A stretch of DNA of 9,046 nucleotides from Promethearchaeota archaeon (GTDB lineage: Archaea > Asgardarchaeota > Odinarchaeia > Odinarchaeales > JBHLKK01): contig JBHLPL010000080.1 in NCBI GenBank assembly GCA_048939465.1, forward strand, positions 1 to 9,046, written 5' to 3'. Under the pieces are notes generated by a model that had not been told where the DNA came from, ran no database searches, and saw only the letters and a program-made list of their open reading frames with translations. Every line of letters begins with the position of its first letter. Position 1 is the stretch's first letter. Below are positions 5,125 to 9,046 of the stretch, piece by piece. Position numbers and translations under genes: made by a program.

Positions 5125-5153
5125 GAAGTTAGCTCGAATGGAGGAAGAGCGGA

Positions 5154-6140
5154 ATGAGCCTAGCAAAGTATGTGGCAAAACGAATAGCTACAGGGCTAAT
5201 AACACTATTCTTCGTAGTTGTACTAAACTTCTTTATCTTCTGGGTTATGCCTGGTGATCCTGCAGCGCTGCTGATTTTTGGAAATCCATTTATGACGGAA
5301 GCACAGAGGCAAGCGCTGAGAGCGCAACTAGGACTAGATCGACCGTGGTATATGCTATTCTTCAGCTACATCGTTAATGTATTTACCTTCAATTTTGGGA
5401 ACTCGTACTCTCAATTCAGACCGGTATCAAATATGCTGTTTGAAGCACTTCCCTATACGATACTACTGCTCGTTCCGGCGACCATTGGGTCAGTCTATCT
5501 GGGAATGAAGTTAGGCGTAAGATCAGCCTGGAACTACGGAAAGAAATCAGACCTATCAACACTGATAACGGCTTTGGTGTTCTATTCAATGCCCGTATTC
5601 TGGCTCGGAATGTTCATGATACTTATCTTTGGTTTTTACCTCAGACTGTTCCCGATAGCTGGCGTTATGAGTCCGAGGTGGTTATGGATAAGCCCCCTGG
5701 CGGATCCGCTGGGCTTTGTAGTGGATATAATATGGCACATGTTCCTGCCCTGTTTAACCCTAATACTGTTCTTGTTCGGCGGTTACTACCTCATCATGAG
5801 GAACACGATGCTCGACACCCTGACCCAGGACTATATAGTTACAGCGAAAGCAAAGGGTGCAAGCGACAGAGCGGTAATGTACAAACACGCCCAAAAGAAC
5901 GCTATGCTACCAATGATAACGGTCATTGTTTTGGCTTTCGCCACTATATTTAGTGGTGCTGTCCTTACGGAGACCGTTTTCTCGTGGCCTGGTATGGGTA
6001 AGCTTATGTACAACGCAGCAATCCAGCAGGATTACCCTGTCCTGTGGGGTACGTTTAGCCTCTTGGCTATGATGGTGGTATTCGCGAATATCGTAGCAGA
6101 CGTACTCTATGGATACCTCGATCCGAGAATAAAGTATTAG
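5154..6140 (+). CDS. oppB: Peptide/oligopeptide ABC transporter permease, OppB/DppB type, 328 aa
   Basis: MPGDPA, LGLDRP, FNFGNSY, SMPVFWLG, EAA-region TAKAKGASDRAVMYKHAQKNA, and ETVFSWPGMG motifs; multiple TM segments. Confidence 0.96.
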   Translation: MSLAKYVAKRIATGLITLFFVVVLNFFIFWVMPGDPAALLIFGNPFMTEAQRQALRAQLGLDRPWYMLFFSYIVNVFTFNFGNSYSQFRPVSNMLFEALPYTILLLVPATIGSVYLGMKLGVRSAWNYGKKSDLSTLITALVFYSMPVFWLGMFMILIFGFYLRLFPIAGVMSPRWLWISPLADPLGFVVDIIWHMFLPCLTLILFLFGGYYLIMRNTMLDTLTQDYIVTAKAKGASDRAVMYKHAQKNAMLPMITVIVLAFATIFSGAVLTETVFSWPGMGKLMYNAAIQQDYPVLWGTFSLLAMMVVFANIVADVLYGYLDPRIKY

Positions 6141-6161
6141 GAATAAGAGGAGAGAGATATA

Positions 6162-7082
6162 ATGAGTGGACCTGAGGTTATTGAAATCACAGAAGGCGAA
6201 GAGGTGAGAGCAGGATGGCGAGGCCTGCTCAGAAAGTATAGACGCCGTTTTGGTGGGTTCTGGAAACTCTACAAGCAAAGCAAAATGGGATTGATCGGAC
6301 TATCATTGCTCATCGTATTCTTGGTCATAGGTGTCTTTGCGCCTCTTATAGCACCATGGACTCCTAATGACTTCTTCGTTGGAGGGTCCTTAGAGCCGCC
6401 AAGCTTTCAACACCTTCTCGGATGCGATGAAATAGGCAGAGACCTGTTTTCCATGCTGATTTACGGTACGAGAATATCTTTACTCGTCGGTGTTCTATCA
6501 TCGCTTGGCATAGTCGGGATAGGAACAGTGGTCGGCTTGGTATCAGGCTATCTTGGAGGCAAGGTAGACGAAGTTCTCATGAGGATAGCAGATGTGATCC
6601 TGATGCTTCCAGGAATTCCGCTGCTAATAGTCTTTGCTGCGATACTGGGAGCAAGTCTCACGAACATAATATTTATCATTGTGATTCTATCGTGGGCATC
6701 GACTGCAAGGGTGATTCGGGCACAAGTTCTGTCACTCAAAGAGCGTCCGTTTGTGGAAGCAGCAAGAGCCATCGGAGGAAGCGACCGTTATGTGATATTC
6801 CATCACATACTACCCAATGTTACGCCGCTAGTGTTCACCTATATGATTCTGAATATCCCCATAGCGATTGTTACTGAGGCATCCCTGAGTTTCTTGGGTC
6901 TAGGTGACATCAACGCCTCAAGCTGGGGAATGATGCTGCATTTCGCTTTCGACGCGGGAGCAATAGACACGTGGTATTACATACTCCCACCTGGGATTAT
7001 GATAACAATACTAGCATTCGTCTTTGCGCTGATAGGGCATGCATTGGACGAAATAATAAATCCAAGACTTAGACAAAGATAG
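6162..7082 (+). CDS. oppC: Peptide/oligopeptide ABC transporter permease, OppC/DppC type, 306 aa
   Basis: HLLGCDEIGRD, YGTRISLLVG, EAARAIGGS...IFHHILPNV, EASLSFLGLG, SWGMML, and NPRLR motifs; SD-like GAGGAG at 6147-6152. Confidence 0.96.
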   Translation: MSGPEVIEITEGEEVRAGWRGLLRKYRRRFGGFWKLYKQSKMGLIGLSLLIVFLVIGVFAPLIAPWTPNDFFVGGSLEPPSFQHLLGCDEIGRDLFSMLIYGTRISLLVGVLSSLGIVGIGTVVGLVSGYLGGKVDEVLMRIADVILMLPGIPLLIVFAAILGASLTNIIFIIVILSWASTARVIRAQVLSLKERPFVEAARAIGGSDRYVIFHHILPNVTPLVFTYMILNIPIAIVTEASLSFLGLGDINASSWGMMLHFAFDAGAIDTWYYILPPGIMITILAFVFALIGHALDEIINPRLRQR

Positions 7083-7096
7083 AGGGAGAGTACTCA

Positions 7097-8089
7097 ATGG
7101 CACTGCTAGAAGTGAATAATCTAAAGACATACTACTATCTAAAAGCAGGCGCAGTCAAAGCTGCCGACGATGTAACGTTCAGCGTTGAAAAGGGCGAGAG
7201 CTTCGGTCTGGCTGGAGAATCTGGCTGCGGGAAGTCTACTGCTGCGTATTCTATTCTGAGAATGCCACCTTATCCCGGTAGGATTGTTGGTGGAGAGATT
7301 CTTTATGATGGAAAGGATCTGGTGAAGGTCAGCGATGGTTACATGAGGAAACAGGTACGATGGAAGAAGATCTCTATGATCTTTCAAGGGGCTATGAATG
7401 CCTTAAACCCGGTATTTAAGGTAGGAGACCAAATAGCAGAAGCCATAACCCTACATGAACGTCGTGTGAAAAAGGAAGAGTTAAACGACCGCGTGGCGAA
7501 GCTGCTTGAAATGGTAGGCATAGATTCTAAGCGGATCGAAGACTATCCCCATGAATTTAGTGGTGGCATGAAACAACGAGCAATGATAGCCATGTCTCTT
7601 GCCAACGATCCCGAACTGGTCATAGCTGATGAACCAATAACCGCGCTGGACGTGGTTGTTCAGGGACACATAATGGAACTTCTAAACAGCCTGAAGAAGA
7701 AACTCAATCTATCTTACATTCTGATTACACATGATCTATCGGTAGTGGCAGAGACTTGCGACAGAGTCGCCATCATGTACGCCGGTAAGATTGCTGAGAT
7801 CGCTGATGTTACTACGATATTTAAGAACCCTGCTCATCCCTACACTCAGGGACTCATTGGGGCATTCCCGAGTCTCATAGGAGAGAAGAAACGACTAGCA
7901 GGTATTCCTGGAGCTCCACCAGACTTGATAAATCCGCCCGCCGGATGTCTATTTAATCCACGCTGTCCGTTTGTTATGGACATCTGTAGGAAAGAAGAAC
8001 CGCCCGAAATCGAGATAAAGCCGGGACATACTGCTGCCTGTTGGCTGCATTCTGACAGGGTCAAGAAGGCCAAGAAGACCAAGAAATAG
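7097..8089 (+). CDS. oppD: Peptide ABC transporter ATP-binding subunit, OppD/DppD type, with C-terminal oligo_HPY Cys-rich domain, 330 aa
   Basis: Walker A GESGCGKS, Q-loop IFQ, signature FSGGMKQR, Walker B VIADEP, H-loop ITHD, HPYTQGL, and Cx5Cx6Cx17C. Confidence 0.97.
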   Translation: MALLEVNNLKTYYYLKAGAVKAADDVTFSVEKGESFGLAGESGCGKSTAAYSILRMPPYPGRIVGGEILYDGKDLVKVSDGYMRKQVRWKKISMIFQGAMNALNPVFKVGDQIAEAITLHERRVKKEELNDRVAKLLEMVGIDSKRIEDYPHEFSGGMKQRAMIAMSLANDPELVIADEPITALDVVVQGHIMELLNSLKKKLNLSYILITHDLSVVAETCDRVAIMYAGKIAEIADVTTIFKNPAHPYTQGLIGAFPSLIGEKKRLAGIPGAPPDLINPPAGCLFNPRCPFVMDICRKEEPPEIEIKPGHTAACWLHSDRVKKAKKTKK

Positions 8090-8113
8090 AAACGGAATAT
8101 GGAGAGAGCCTAG

Positions 8114-9046
8114 ATGAGCACAGACAAGGATGGTTTGCTGAGAGTCGAAAATCTCAAGAAATGGTTCCCTGTAAGGACTGGATTCTTCGCTGGCTTGTTT
8201 TCCAAGGGGCAAATCTATGCTTATGCGGTTGACGGAGTAAATTTCAACATAAAAAAGGGAGAAATCCTGTGCTTGGCCGGAGAATCTGGATGTGGCAAGA
8301 CTACAGTTGGGAGGACTATTCTCAGACTAACGGAGCCGACTGATGGAAAGGTGTATTTTAACGGAGAAGATGTATTCTCAGCGGATAAAGAGCGGATGAG
8401 AAAGCTCCGTCAAAAAATGCAGATGATATTTCAAGACCCTTACGAATCCTTGAACCAACGTATGACCGTATTTGACATAGTCGCCGAACCAATAAGAATT
8501 CACAAACTGGCTGAATCCTCAGATGAACTCCAAGATAAGGTAACAAAAGCTCTGGAGGCTGCAGAACTCAGGCCCCCAAGTTTGTTCTTCGATCGATTTC
8601 CGCATGAACTCAGCGGTGGACAGAGACAAAGAGTTAATATTGCCAGAGCAATGATACTCGACCCTGAATTCATTGTAGCTGATGAGCCTGTATCCATGAT
8701 TGATGTGTCAGTAAGAACAGGGATTCTGAATCTAATGATGGACCTAAAAGATGAATTTGGCCTGTGCTATCTGTTTATTACACATGACTTGGCTCAAGCT
8801 CGATATATAGCAGACAACATAGCAATAATGTACCTTGGCAAGATCGTTGGCTATGCATCCATAGAGAAAATGGTTAAATCTCCACTTCATCCTTACAGCC
8901 AAGCTCTAATATCAAACATTCCGATTCCGGAGCCGGAATTGAAGCGTGATAGGATACTGATAACTGGTGAACCTCCGACGCCTATCAATCCCCCCTCAGG
9001 TTGCAGGTTTCATCCGCGTTGTCCTCAGTTTATAGGTGACATCTGC
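8114..9046 (+). CDS. oppF: Peptide ABC transporter ATP-binding subunit, OppF/DppF type (3'-truncated by the window edge)
   Basis: Hand translation from ATG 8114: MSTDKDGLLRVENLKKWFPV...GESGCGKTT...IFQDPYESLN...LSGGQRQR...IVADEPVSMID...ITHDL...HPYSQAL...GCRFHPRCPQFIGDIC, 311 codons with no stop seen. Confidence 0.96.
   Translation, partial: MSTDKDGLLRVENLKKWFPVRTGFFAGLFSKGQIYAYAVDGVNFNIKKGEILCLAGESGCGKTTVGRTILRLTEPTDGKVYFNGEDVFSADKERMRKLRQKMQMIFQDPYESLNQRMTVFDIVAEPIRIHKLAESSDELQDKVTKALEAAELRPPSLFFDRFPHELSGGQRQRVNIARAMILDPEFIVADEPVSMIDVSVRTGILNLMMDLKDEFGLCYLFITHDLAQARYIADNIAIMYLGKIVGYASIEKMVKSPLHPYSQALISNIPIPEPELKRDRILITGEPPTPINPPSGCRFHPRCPQFIGDIC

Noticed and set aside
7624-7650. OppD ADEPITALD instead of the usual ADEPTTALD
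   Set aside because: A conservative change at a variable position; the catalytic Asp-Glu and D-loop are intact.
5678-8697. Short alternative-frame and antisense ORFs over oppB, oppC, oppD and oppF
   Set aside because: Shadows of conserved transporter genes.

Overview
Archaeal chromosomal window (TBP, ribosomal protein eL33/L35Ae, BRE-TATA promoters, GGAGG/GGTGG Shine-Dalgarno sites); the lineage cannot be fixed from this sequence alone. In order: the 5' end of tbp (minus strand, missed by the ORF track); a divergent, amber-interrupted ORF resembling a winged-helix regulator; a hairpin-rich spacer; an unusual HhH / Lys-rich linker / eL33 fusion gene that probably starts at CTG; a 4-TM membrane protein converging on an anchored LEA_2/WHy-like protein; a ~645-bp spacer with repeats; and a family-5 (Opp/Dpp-type) ABC importer oppA-B-C-D-F. 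oppA is separated from oppB by an oligo-T terminator and an internal promoter covered by nested palindromes. oppF runs off the window and is also absent from the ORF track. No CRISPR array, tRNA, rRNA or mobile element was recognised. All motif calls and counts were made by eye, with no database searches.
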